This document shows, one piece after another, positions 25,552-38,668 of a stretch of 64,000 nucleotides of DNA. This DNA is from Vairimorpha necatrix (taxonomy: Eukaryota), in assembly GCA_036630325.1 (NCBI GenBank), contig CP142726.1, positions 62,001 to 126,000 of the forward strand. The letters are read 5' to 3'. The notes under the pieces are model-generated. The model saw only the letters and a program-made list of their open reading frames with translations. It made no database searches and was not told where the DNA came from. Made by a program: the position numbers and the translations under genes. The first letter of the stretch is position 1; each line of letters begins with the position of its first letter.

Positions 25552-26830
25552 GTAATTTTCACTGAGGGTTAATCTTTGTTATCATTATTCCTCTATATGC
25601 CAAAAATGTTATAAAGTTAAATTTAAACTCAAAATATTAAAATGTAGACATTTATAGCTAATTTTCAGTTATACTATTGGGTTTTTAAGTAAAGAGCCAA
25701 ATAAAATTCAGTTATGCTTAGATATTATCTAAGTCACATGAAATGATATAAAATCACATTTAATATTTGTAGAATTTAAAACTATACTACTAGAGAAATT
25801 TTATCAACTTTCATAGGCTTGGTTTCGCCGCCCAAGATTGACTTTTAAACAAAATAATTCAATTTAAATTATTGCTAACTGTCAAAGTTAGAAATAACTT
25901 TTTCTTAGCAACTTAGAGCTATTTACTTAATTGTATATTTTTTCTTTGACACGAGACTTTTACCTGTAGTAATTTTGGTTAGCAACTAACTTTTAAATAT
26001 ACAAAAAACAAAATAATGTAGCACATTACATTGTAACTCTTTTCTGACTTAGCAATCTAAATTGTTAAATTAGTGTATATTTTGACAGAAACAACTATTT
26101 ATCCTTCTTTATTTCTTTCATTTGGAGGGTCCTATGTTTTATAGATTGCGTTTTTTATTTTTTAAACAATTTGCTGCTAATGCACGTGATGGGTTAAAAA
26201 TTAAATTTGTATTGCTTTTAAATATTGAACTTGTTATATTCTCCAAATTAAAAAGCTTATGTTAATAAAACCATTTATTTTCGTCCTTTATAAATATTCC
26301 GGATATTTTGCTTAACTTAAAAAGATAATAGATTTTTTAAAGACGAATGTTGTTGTTTTTTTTTTTGAAAATATTACAAATTTTTTTTTTAAACAAACAT
26401 GGTAAATCAAAGTGAAAAGAAACGTTATATGTATTATTCCTCTTCAATTTTATAATATTTATAGCGATACCTTGTACAATAAAACATTTTGATGAAAATT
26501 GGTTTGTATATAGCTTGTTCTAGTGTCTTTTTAATATAACTACTATGTTTAACTCTATTAAATAAGATACTGGAAGAAAATTACAAAAGATTTTTTTATA
26601 CAAAATTTACGCCATAATGCTCAAAAAGATAATATATAAGGAACCCATATATAAAAACTTAATCGAAAAATTGTATTTTTATATTTCAATTTCAAATTCG
26701 TTAAATGGTAGATATGAGAATTCTATTACTTTTTATTAAAAATTGTATCATCAAATTTATATTTTTTATGAATAAGCTTTACCCTCTTAGGAAATATATT
26801 GTTAAAAATATATAATTTTAACTTGTATTT

Positions 26831-29009
26831 TTATTTCACTTGATCGTTTAGTACTTTGATTAAATTATCAATTAATCGAATATTATTATTTATAATATGC
26901 AATTTTTCGTTCTGACTCAATAAATTTTTTATTTTTAGTGAAATATATTTCCAATTTGCTGCATTACTTGCATCGTTTTTAAATTCACTTTTGAAATTTT
27001 CAATTAAAACATTGAAATAATATTTCTTACAATTTTTTCTTATGTTTTCAGTGATATATTTTTTGAGGTTAAATATGAATTGTTCTCTTAAGAAATATCT
27101 ATATATGTTTATGAGATCTATACTTATATTCATTGAAAAAAGTTTCATAGCACAGCCACTAACAGATTTTTTAATGTTTTCTATTCCTTCATGTTCAATT
27201 TTCTTTGTTTTGACTTCATTAAATATGTTTTGTAAATTACTATTTATAATTTTATTATAAATACTGTTTAAATCATTTTCTAATTGACCTTTGGGGTGTA
27301 ATTGTTTTATAGCTTTAATATTTTCCTGTTTTATTTTGCTTTTAACTGTATTTTCCCATAGTATTTTTCTTAAAATTTCACTATATGTTTCTACCCTAAT
27401 TGGATCAAGTCCTAGATTTGTTATAACTTGATCTTTTTCGATGTGATAATATACCGATGAAAACCGATTCATAATAAATATATCTTTATATCCTGTGAAT
27501 AAAGCAGTTGTACTGCAGATTTTTTGTTCTACATCTTTTAAATTTATCAAAGTTTTTATTATGAATTATTGCTATATCCTCACAAGTTTTTATTAGGTTA
27601 ATATTGAATTTTGGGCTATTACATCCATATTCCTTTTTCTTGGTTAGTATTCCAATATCTTTTAATATTTTAAATAATATAACATTACATACATTCTCAT
27701 TATTAATATAGTTTTCTGTTTCTAATAATAAACAAAAAGCTATAAAATACAAGTCTGTTGTGTAAAAATATTTTTTTAAATTTGTTGCAACCCTATTAAT
27801 TAATTTTTTCTTATTCAGTCCATTGTCTGTCTTATTTCCGATTATCGTACTTACAGTATTTTGGTCTATTATTGTTATGTCTAACAATAAGTAACCAAAT
27901 ATTATATTTAGAGCTGATCCTGGTTTGTTTAAAATTCTTTCAACAAGGAATTCTATTTTGTTATTTAATACTATCAATTTGTAAAACATATTAATGCCTA
28001 ACGTTTTTTTTGTATTTTCGAGTCTTGATAAGATTGTTTGAAATTCCATTAAGCAATCCTTGCAAATATTTCTCTTATTTATAACTTCGTCTAAATTATT
28101 TTCTATACAATAAGAATAATACATGGCGTTTATTTTTATGGTAACAACCTCTTTTTCTATTTCTATTTTAAAATATTGTTTATGATAAGATATTTCAACT
28201 GCATTATTTGTAGATTGTATTGTTAATATAAAGTTAGGGATTTGACCCAGATCAAAATTTTTATAAGATAACTTGTAAATATCAAGTGTTCTCTTAAATG
28301 TTTCATTCTGAGTTTCATTTTGTATTTTAAATTTTGTATTAACTAAAGAATAAAACTCATCAATACAAAATTCAAAGAAATAACGCATATTACCTAGGTC
28401 AATCCGTAAACAAAAATAATACTTATTAGTTGAAACTGTTTTATAGTAGTAAACAGATGACTTGGAAGTTTTCAGATTACAATTATTTTGGGGATTTTTT
28501 ATTTCGGAAATAATTTTTTGCAATTCATCATCTGTATCACAAATATTTTCGTAATATATATTAAAAAAATTATCCTCTATTTTTCTTGCAGTGTTTAATA
28601 TTTTTAGTTCGTCTATTAGTTTTTTCATAATGAGATAATTGTTATAATCATATACACCATATAAAAATATAATGGAAAAATTGTTAAAAACATTCATTAT
28701 TGTTTCTATATTCTTCTCCATTTCTATAATAATGTCATTAGAAGTTTTTTCCTCTACTTTAATATCAAAGCATCCATAATTTAATGTTAATCTACGATCA
28801 ACTCCTGTATTCCGTATTCTAAATTTGATGTTTTTATCGTATACATCGTAGCTTGCAAATATACTTACGTTTATATTTTGTTCAGATATATCAAAATATA
28901 TGTAATCTCTATTTTCTATCTTTATCATAAGCATATCTTCAATTCTTACTAATAAAGTTTGATTTGTTTTAACAAACTTAATCATCATAAATATTTTCAC
29001 GATATTCAT
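26831..29009 (-). pseudogene. Family B hypothetical secreted protein (about 725 aa if repaired), split by one frameshift near 27550
   Basis: Overlapping ORFs 27486-29009 and 26831-27550. CCCCAATATG start. Motifs shared with 42611 (IENRDYI, FYKLIVLNNKIEFL, CLLLETENYIN). Could be an assembly indel rather than a true pseudogene. Confidence 0.7.
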
Positions 29010-29699
29010 ATTGGGGAAGCATAGTATTTTGCATATAAATTTAAATTTAAATCATTTTGTTATTTTATAAATATGTCATCTTATAAAACAAGCTAAAAAT
29101 AATTAGTATTTGGCTTAAAACAACATTTTACATAAATATATACTCTAAGTCAACTTTGATATTGATCAAACCACCGATCACTCCTTTTAACAATAAAATT
29201 TTATATTACATGTACAGGATTTTTTTATTTTTTTAAATAGATTAATATTGGAGAAAAAACAAAGAGAACAGATAAAACGAATTGTTTCATTTGGGAGCGT
29301 AAAATGATGTATTGATCAATATCCAATGTGTTTAAAAACGAAATTGGCACACTCAATATAGTCATTGGAACGTTGTTAGAAACTTAGTTTTTCAAATAAA
29401 ATTTTCCTGCTTAAAATTCTTTAATTAAAAATTTTTCTTTTATCCGTAAGATGATTTTCATATAATATTTGTAAATATAATAATTTGCATGATATATTTA
29501 CTCGACGCTGCAAATTACTTCTTTTTATGTTTTAAGTAAAGAAGAAGTGACGTTTTAATGATTTGTTGGTGTCAACGATGACCTATTATATTTGTTTGAA
29601 ATTTTTGCTACAAACTATTTTGTATTTTCACTAATCCACTTGAGCTAATATTTTCAAAAATTGTGCTGCAGAAACAATAAGTAAATTTTATTAAGGTAT

Positions 29700-30004
29700 G
29701 CTTAGTGTTACTTATACTTCTTATTTTTCCAAGAATAGGTTCCGCGTTGGCGTCTCCTACTTGTAGGTAGCTTCCGGCTCCATAGTCCTTTCCACATCGG
29801 TTTGTCTCATCTCCGTTGTCAGTCCAGATAAATGCTCTAAGCATCTTTAATTTCGTGATCATTGGATGTACGCTTCTACCTTCTTGGTGATTTCGAGTCT
29901 TGTGGTATAATATTTTTGAAAATAATTCACTATGCCGTCCCAAGAGATTACGTAGATAATTATTTCTGTTTTAAAACCACATATTAAGCTCAATTCGTTT
30001 GTAG
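29700..30004 (-). mobile_element. Short 3' fragment of a non-LTR retrotransposon (same class as 21420)
   Basis: A frame not in the ORF track reads NELSLICGFKTEIIIYVISWDGIVNYFQKYYTTRLEITKKVEAYIQ, matching the NE...WDGVVTKYH...EAYI tail at about 21650-21790. Confidence 0.75.
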
Positions 30005-31299
30005 AAACATTAATACTATTATATAATACTAATCTACTAAAAATAAGTATGAAAGAAAAGGAGTTCAGTGCAATAAAGCATAAATCTGAGAAATATGTTT
30101 ATTTATGAAGGAAATATAACATCATTTTCTAAATATGTTATAAAAATCGAATATAAGTCTAAAACAGCATTATAAGATTTGAGATAATGAATTGATGTAA
30201 ATTACTATATTCTGAAAAAAAAATTTGTAAAATCCAAACATTCAAACATTATATATATCTTTTATAAAAAAACTTTCTTAATACTCCTTTCGTTTAGTAT
30301 TGCGCAAAGAAGTCTGACTAATTTCACAATAATAATCTATTTTTGTGAACAGTCAAAATCTTGAAAATGTATGTATATACTTATCATTGCACACATGCTC
30401 TAAAGGCCTATGTTAATACCTTTTTAAACAATATAGACTTAATTACAACAAAAAAATAGAAAATGTTACAACACTTAAAGTGGACAATAAAAAATTTAAT
30501 TTTGAGAATAAAGACTTTCCATAAGTTATATTTATGTTTGTAATTAAAGCTCAAGTTATAAAAAAAAAGTGGTCAAAATCATTTACCCACCCTTTTCTGC
30601 CTTGTTTATGATATTCTCTACTCATCCATTCGGTATTCTGAAAGATGCTTATAATATTTTTTGACAAAGAATTGTTCATATTGTAATTGCATTCATCAAT
30701 CTAAAGCTTTGTCGAACTTTGCTTTGTTCTTAGTATTTTGCCATATAAGTAAGCTCGAGAAGATTTTTTAATTATTAGGGTCAATACGTTTTAGAAAAAA
30801 AGTCAAAAAACGATCACCAGTTCATAAAGAGAACGTAAAATATATACAATTTTAAGAGGATAAAATATAATAAACTTTTTTTAGTAACGACACATGATTA
30901 ATTGCTGACTTATTCGCAACTGAGTATTGGAATAAAAATTTACAATAGTGTAAAAAAAGTAATATTGTTCGCGAGCGTTAACCCATGCAGGCGCTTCTCC
31001 CCTTTTAAAACCTAAAAAAATAAGAAATAAAAAGTACACAGATGAATTTTTAATTATATTAAAATGTCAGAGTTTTATAGACTAGTTATAAAAGATATTT
31101 ATATACCTCTTTCAATTAATTTTATAATCTCTTGTTTGAGTAACTTTTAATAATCATTCTGTATGTATAAACATAATATTATTTAGTTTTTAAGTTTTGA
31201 TATTATTTTCGAAGTCCTTAGCTACAATGATTCTGTCACAAAATTCAAAGTTTTTCTTTGAGATATGGACGAATGAACGACGACCCATTCTTGATATGT

Positions 31300-32255
31300 A
31301 ATTCGTATCAACAGAACAAGTTTAGTTTTCTCTAAGAAAACTAACCGATACATCTCTTTTATTTTATATCGCATTTTTTTCAATTTCTTTCATGCTATCA
31401 TTTGAAGACTCGTTCAGATCCTGCGTAAAAACAGAATTAAATCCGAGTATTTGTATATAAAAATGAATTAAAAACTGCATTTCATACTATATTTGGTTGT
31501 ATTATAGTTGTAGACGACTTTATTAAGATGTTTTAGCCATTCATGTTAATCCTCGGTTCTAGATTTTTAATAGCTAGCAAACATTCTTCCAATACGTGTT
31601 TTTGAATAGTCGATATAAATTTTAGTTAAATCTTTCTATTTGCACTTATGATTGTGGGTGACGCGGCTTACTATGTTTTTGAACAATAACAAAGTTTCTT
31701 TTTATAGAAATTACAGAATTTTTATACAATATCGCTTTGATGGATCTTGTAAGCACAATAATCATATTGCAAAATAATAAATTTGTGTATTTTTTGTACC
31801 CTCTTGTCACGTTTTACTTGTTAATGGTATGCCCCAAGAAAACTCGGATATACATCTATTATCTTTAAAATGTAACAATACATAGTTTAATTTTTTACAA
31901 CACGTCATATCTATACAATCTATTACATTTTTCAATCGTTTTAGATTTCCTTATACCGTTTTGAGCCTTTTTTTCTAAGGTTGCAATTGTCGACACTTGA
32001 TGCATTCGGAGATGACTTTTTTATATATAATCCTAGTGATTTAATTAACCTCTTAATTCTTAAGCTTTAACTCTTTAACGTTTTTATGAGGAAGCACGTC
32101 GAAAGTTTTACATTTAACTTTCATATTTTTGAACTGTCTTCTATAAACATCCTTAAGTGGTTTTTACTGGCCTCGTACTTTAAATAAGGTACCTTTTATA
32201 AGGTGGCAATTTTATGCTTTTTTAACCGTTTAGGTTGCTTTCTAATCAAACTCAT
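31300..32255 (-). pseudogene. Decayed DDE integrase (rve; Ginger2/KRBA2-like transposon remnant)
   Basis: Minus-strand fragments in order: VISECIKCRQLQP, IDVY..FSWGIPLTSKT, IHQSD, HSKPRHPQS*VQIERFN, EWLKHLNKVVYNYNTTK. No RT nearby; termini not found. Confidence 0.75.
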
Positions 32256-33515
32256 TATGTCTGCCTTGTAAATTTATGAAGAATTTTTGTAATCAACAAC
32301 AATTCTGAGAAGAAGAAGAATCTTATAAAAAAGAACAAAAAAATGAAGTTATTTATAAATAACACAATAAAAATGATTTCTTTTTTAAAAATTATAATTA
32401 TTTTTGTATGCCATGATCTAGTGGTATTGTTACGAGCTTTCTGCTCATGGGCCATAAATTTAAATTCCGTTCTGGCGATTATTTTTTTAATTAGAAAGCA
32501 TTGAGCAGGATCATAAGTAAAGAAACTCGGACCGACAAAGCCTGCTAGATATAACGCGTGCGCTGTTGGAAATTCAGAGTATCAAATCTTGCCTGGATGA
32601 CAATTTCTAGGTGTAACGCTCGCACGTGACAATATATATCTAAGATGTAAGGGATAGGTTAATAACATTAAAAGTAGTGGTTTAACTGGAAATAACGTGA
32701 TTGTAAAAATAATCATAAAAAACAGGTGATAATATTTGGAACGAAATCATGTTCCAAATAAGTCAAATATCTTGACAAAAAACATCCGTTTTGGCTTATT
32801 ATGAGTTCCTAAAAAAGAAGTAGGGAAGATTACTGGTTTAAGAAGAGGGGCATGTTTGGATATTAAGTGTAAACCAATCAAGAGAAAAAATCCTATATAA
32901 GATTTTTTGGAATATTCTAAGGCAGTAACAGATGTCTATGATAAATAATGTCGGAAAAGGCGGATCAATAACTGAAATTTAGATTATTGACATTTTTAAA
33001 TTACTCTTCTATGATTGTGCGTAAACACACGTGAACAATAATCTGGTATTTGAATACCTTATGATTTATATAAGAAATATTATTTTTGTAACCAAATTAA
33101 ATATTTTAAGAAAGTTTTAAGTTAATCGCCTCATGTGTGGTCGTGGCTATAAATAATCTTTTTGTCAGTACTATAATGCTAATCTTACATCTTTATAGGC
33201 AAATAAAAGTTTATATTTATTATTGTATATTTAGTGTAGTAATATCTATATTTTTATCGTTTTCTGTTCTAATTTCTTTAAAATTTTGAAAACCTGAATT
33301 GTAAATAACGTTAAATTGAATACATAAATTTTATTGATCAATTATTTTTCTAATTCACATTTGTTAAAATTCATTAAAACCACCCAATAATATATATTTT
33401 TATAGGTTTATATAGATATATTTACCATATCTTGCAATGTATTAACCATCAAAATTAGTAATATGCTGAAGGAAAAAATATAAATTTAAAAGACCGTTTT
33501 TACATGATAGACAGT

Positions 33516-34517
33516 TTATTCTTTAGAGTTCTTATTGAGGACTTGATTAATCTTATTATAAAAATGTATACACTTACATGATCTTTTGTAAACGATGTCT
33601 AATTTTCTTTTGATTAAGTATAACACCTTTCTTATATTACGATAGTATTCGATGTTATTATTTGGAAATGAGATTGCTTCACTCTCAATATATTTAAAAG
33701 CTTCAAATATAGGTATAAATTTGAAAATAGACATAATATTAATGTTATAGCTAGTAATCTGATTTTTAGTATTTATCGAGTATTTCTTTAAGTTGCCGTA
33801 ATTTACCTTTGTTTCAAAAATTATGTTAAAATCTTTAAATATATCTAAAAATTCTAATATCAAGGAATAAATACCAGGAGGTACTTCGAAAGTTTTTAAT
33901 TGATCATATATTTTAGGAAATTGCACTCTATGTAGATTCCGAATGTACTCAAAAAATTTATAAATTTTTTTATTATATGCAAGTATTATAAAATTATCTT
34001 GAATATTGTTTTTTGTTGTTTTACAGGAGTATTTAATTGCATCAATCATTAGATTTTGTTGTTTTTTGATTTCTGATATTTTTTTCCTACAATTCATAAA
34101 AACTTTTGGTGATAAAGAATTTTCATAATATTTTATTGTGTTTAAGGCTTTTATGTTGCTAGGGCCATCACTACAACTTTTATTTGTCTCAGTAAAATTA
34201 GCTTCTTGAGTTGCATTAGAAAAGACAACAGAAGCTACATTCTCTATAGAGCTTCTTATTTCTGATGTCGAAGTAGGATCTTCTTCTAAATGTGATAATA
34301 TATTTTCAAGCTCTAAAAGATCCATTTCTGAAATTAAAAATGTATCAGTATTATTAGTATATAAAATTTTTTCGAGTTCTTCATATGGTGATATATCATC
34401 ACAAATATATAATCCATAACTGATATTCGGTTGAAAATGTCCTTCTCTTTTGTATTTATCTTTATCTTCAACGATAAATAGTTGAGTTGCATATATTATA
34501 TCAAAAAACAATGTCAT
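33516..34517 (-). CDS. Family C hypothetical protein (333 aa)
   Basis: Long ORF. The true start is likely ATG 34517 in CCCTTAAAATG rather than the upstream TTG in the track. Confidence 0.8.
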   Translation of the reverse strand: MTLFFDIIYATQLFIVEDKDKYKREGHFQPNISYGLYICDDISPYEELEKILYTNNTDTFLISEMDLLELENILSHLEEDPTSTSEIRSSIENVASVVFSNATQEANFTETNKSCSDGPSNIKALNTIKYYENSLSPKVFMNCRKKISEIKKQQNLMIDAIKYSCKTTKNNIQDNFIILAYNKKIYKFFEYIRNLHRVQFPKIYDQLKTFEVPPGIYSLILEFLDIFKDFNIIFETKVNYGNLKKYSINTKNQITSYNINIMSIFKFIPIFEAFKYIESEAISFPNNNIEYYRNIRKVLYLIKRKLDIVYKRSCKCIHFYNKINQVLNKNSKE

Positions 34518-37169
34518 TTTAAGGGCTGGTTTTGAAAGAATGTAAAATTTTTGCACGCATATAAAATATTTAAAAAACAAAATTTTTAATGCTAGGTTTT
34601 CATAATTAAGGTTTTAGTATTTAACAAAATAAAACTTGAGGAATATGTCAGATTTTAATAACGTTTTATAATATCTGGTATTAAAAAATGACTTTTTTAA
34701 TATATTAAAACAAAAAAAAACATGACATAAAGACTTATTTGGGCTTCTCATAACTATGCTAAAGTTATGGTTGCATTTAATTTAGCCTCCGAAGATTTAA
34801 AAATATATTAATCATTATGTTATTTTTTAATTATTCGTTTTCCATGCTATATATCTAGAAGAACAGCGGGTTTATTAATATTATAAATGTCATTCTTTTA
34901 TTTACAGTCAAAAAATTAGTATTCAGTAATACAACGTTTTTTGACGTTTCTTTAAGACTTTATAGATAAAATATTCTTTTATCAAGCATAAAACAACTAA
35001 TTTTATAAAAATTGTCATAAATAGATACTACGTCACAAAAAAAAATATGTTAAGGAGATATAATTATTCATATTAGCATTACAAATGAAGTTATTTGTTT
35101 ACTTTTGAAACAGAAAGTGTCTTATTCATTTTTTTTATATTTATCAATCATTGAATTGAATTTTTACATATAAACATCATAATTTGCGTATTATGCTAAT
35201 TTTTAAAAAAATTGTTATAATGTAATATATGCATAACATCGACCTTATATTACTAGATATTCGCACAAGGAAGCCGAAAATGAGATGTTAAAAAAATTGA
35301 TGTTAAGTGTATGATATGAATATACTATTTTTACATAATGGCATAGTATGAAATTATAATTAAAATTCGAAATACATTGAAAAGATTAATTAATCTACAA
35401 ATAAAGTCTATAATTAATTAGTATTCTTTAGTAGAACTCTAATAACATTTTAAAAAAGTTGGAAGACACTCACAACTCAAGAAAAATAAAAACTATTTAG
35501 TTGACTATTCCTAAATTCGGATGTGTCATAACGATTATGAAAATTCTAAAATTTCAGAAGTAATGTGAAGATCATAAGTTGTTCTTTATATATAACAATT
35601 CTTTAACTATTTTTACAGTCATGCGGATGGTATATTGTAAAACATATGCTTAGTTAGACGGAAAAAAATATTTAGTTGCGTAAATGTAACTCAATAAATT
35701 TTTGGCAATTAATGACAGATGTATCAGGATATATATAAATTACACGTTAAGAACAAAGTTTTTTGTTTTTTGAAATTAACTATGATGATAAATGTTATTT
35801 TTGAACTAATTGGTCCATAAAACACTCATTGATATTTAATTTGTTAATATCAATGGAGAGAAAATTAAAACTTAGTTACTAAAGTATGTCTAATAATTGT
35901 AAAAAAAAATAATTTTGAAAACAAGCATTCAAAACTACCTGAAAATGTATATAATTGTGTACAAAACTTAATAGAAAAAATAGAATATTGATATTAAAAT
36001 TATACAACATCATACGTATGCTTTATAAAGTCTCATGAAACCTTTATATAGTACTTATAATATGTTTACGTAATATTCGCATGGAATATTTACTAATGTT
36101 TTATACTTTAAGCATATTACATATAAATTTAAGCACATATTATGATAAAAATTATATGTATATATATTTTAAGTATAATATAGTTAAATGAGATCAACTG
36201 TCAAAATTTAAGAAAGTTAAAAAAGAGATTAAATATAGAAATGTTGCATTAGATCTAGTTATTTATTTAACACGCTAGCTACCATGTTACCCAAACATAA
36301 ATAACGCAAAAAAAATTTTGGCAAACGTCATCTACTTTGCATGGGTACATATTCTTTTGTAAATCTACGTATCTAATAAAGTCTTGGGATGTTTATTTTA
36401 ATTTTAGCACAGCAACTGTACACTTGACGACTTGATCGAGCATAAACTAATAAAGAATATAATAAAAAAATTTTTCTTATTATATGCAAAATGTTTAAAT
36501 GTTTCAACCGTAAATTTTAGAAATTTTTGAATTTTTGGTAAATTTAAAATGTGGTATACGCTAGGCCAAACGAAAACCATCTATATGGCCCTTGTAATAA
36601 ATTTTATAATAATTTCGTTGAATAATGAATTAATTGATGTCTAATATTTGAAAATCTATTAGTCTAAAATAATAAAACTATTTCTCAAAGCAATTCTAGC
36701 AAATATGATAAAATATAGCTTTACCTATAAAACTTCAAGACATAAGCTTTGATCAGGGGACTCTGTCAAAAATTACTGACTTGCCTGTAAACATTAGCTA
36801 TCGAGGCATCTTTTATCAAGATCACGAGTGTAGAATGAGATACAGTTGAAAAATAAAGCCTAAAAACTAAAAGGACTAACAAACATATTTTTGACTTTGA
36901 GCATTACTGAGATTTTTCTCATCAAATTGCAAGCTTACTGATTATAAATGAAATTTTATATAGTAATATTCAATCAGTATTTTAAATTTAATCTATCTTT
37001 ATAATGTATAAAACCATCTCTTTACTTTTATGATCTAACAGTAACCATTTATATTTTATATTTTTTCTATGTGTTGTATACAATATATTTTAACGCTTAA
37101 ATTTGCATTTAATTAACTAAACGATAAGTTAATCTAAAAATAAATGTTTTTGGTTTTACTAAGGTTTAA

Positions 37170-38139
37170 TAGTTAAAAATTTGTTCTGATCATCAATTCA
37201 AGCATAAAAAAAATTGTTATTCATTGTATATATAAGCTTTATATCATAAAATTTAATGCATTTGTTAGGTTTAATCGATAACCAATTTAATTTGATTTTA
37301 AAAGATAATATATTATTTCTGTCTTTTTCTTTTGTAAAAATATATTATAATTACATAAGCCGAGTTCTTCATTCGATAGATTCTATGGTTTTTTGAGTAT
37401 GTATTTAAACTTCGAGAATTTATCTTTATTATATGCAGTCAATCGATATTTAATCTAAAATGTAAAAAATTTTAGGTTTAGATGTTTTTCTCTGATGTTA
37501 AAAATTTTCAAAAATTCTATAATTGTATTAAAAGGTTCCTCTTGTAAATTTGATTTCTTATCTTCTTTTTGTCGATTGAAGTTGTTTTTTTAACTCGATT
37601 GATGTGTTAAATCAACGATCAATTTTCTTTCCATATGTACGAAGTCTAAAGCCTTAATCATTATTGATTTTAATTTAATTATTTGTGTAAAAAGGGCCCA
37701 TGTCAAAAATTCGCTATTATGTATAAATTCGTCAATATTCTTCTCACATTTTGATAACATTATATAAGATTTGAAAAAAAAAATTTGCGTCCTAAAGCTA
37801 ACTTTAGCCGTTGTTTACTTTCTTTGTCTTTTTTCATTTGTTGTGATGCATATAAATTATTTCGTTGTTTTTTATATGGTAACTGTTTAAGCATCATTTT
37901 CATAGAATCAGAATTATTTCCACAATTGTTATCAACAAAATGACATTTCACATAACCTCTTCTTTGTTTTTATTACATAAATTTTATTAAAATTTTCATA
38001 AGAGATACAAACAGTTATTAATTTTTGTTTTTTTTAGACGCATCAAATGTTTCTGTAGATTATTTTTACTTTTTCTATTTATTTCGGAAATATTAAAATC
38101 AACCTCAGGACGATATAAAGTGCCAAATAATAATCTCAT
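37170..38139 (-). pseudogene. Family C pseudogene
   Basis: Same start context CCTTAAAATG. MRLLFGTLY vs MTLFFDIIY; IMIKAL vs LMIDAI; FNTIIEFLKIF vs YSLILEFLDIF; LTAYNKDKFSKFK vs ITSYNINIMSIFK. Multiple disruptions; 3' end approximate. Confidence 0.65.
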
Positions 38140-38668
38140 TTTAAGGATATATTTAAAAACAATATGAAACATTGTGAGAGATTTTTTATAGTCATTTTAG
38201 AATCGCAAAAGTGCTTTTATAATATATTGATTAACACACGCGTAAATGACCATTGTACGTCAACGCGAAAGTTAAAAAATTTCTTGTTATTTTAATAAGT
38301 TATCACCTGTTAAGAGACATTGGTTATAGGCGACAATAAAATAAAGATTATAAAATGTAAATAAACTTTATTTTAAACATTAATGATCAATAATAACAAA
38401 TATTTTAGTAAACAAAATTAACTTACTCAATATAAATAAAATACATTTTAATATTATGTGCATTCTTTTTTGTTATGTATACTAAAATAATCTCCATAGA
38501 TTGTGTGATTAAAATATATGTATACAAAATATTTTCTTTTTTAATAAAAACGGGTTTGTCGTCAATAGGTATACATAAGAGATTGGTTTCGGATTACACT
38601 TTTGTTTTTTTTTTTACTACAGCTAACGTTGTTAATGTGTAATTATAAATAATTATTGTAATATTTTT

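Noticed and set aside
29608-29943. 111-aa ORF in the track
   Set aside because: It is an off-frame reading of the non-LTR fragment.
32500-32960. Possible Ty3 RT relic (QFLGVTL)
   Set aside because: Only one short motif, which is not enough to call.
38231-38275. Short TTAA-flanked imperfect hairpin (ACGCG...ACGCG region)
   Set aside because: Too short and imperfect to call a piggyBac footprint or a regulatory element.
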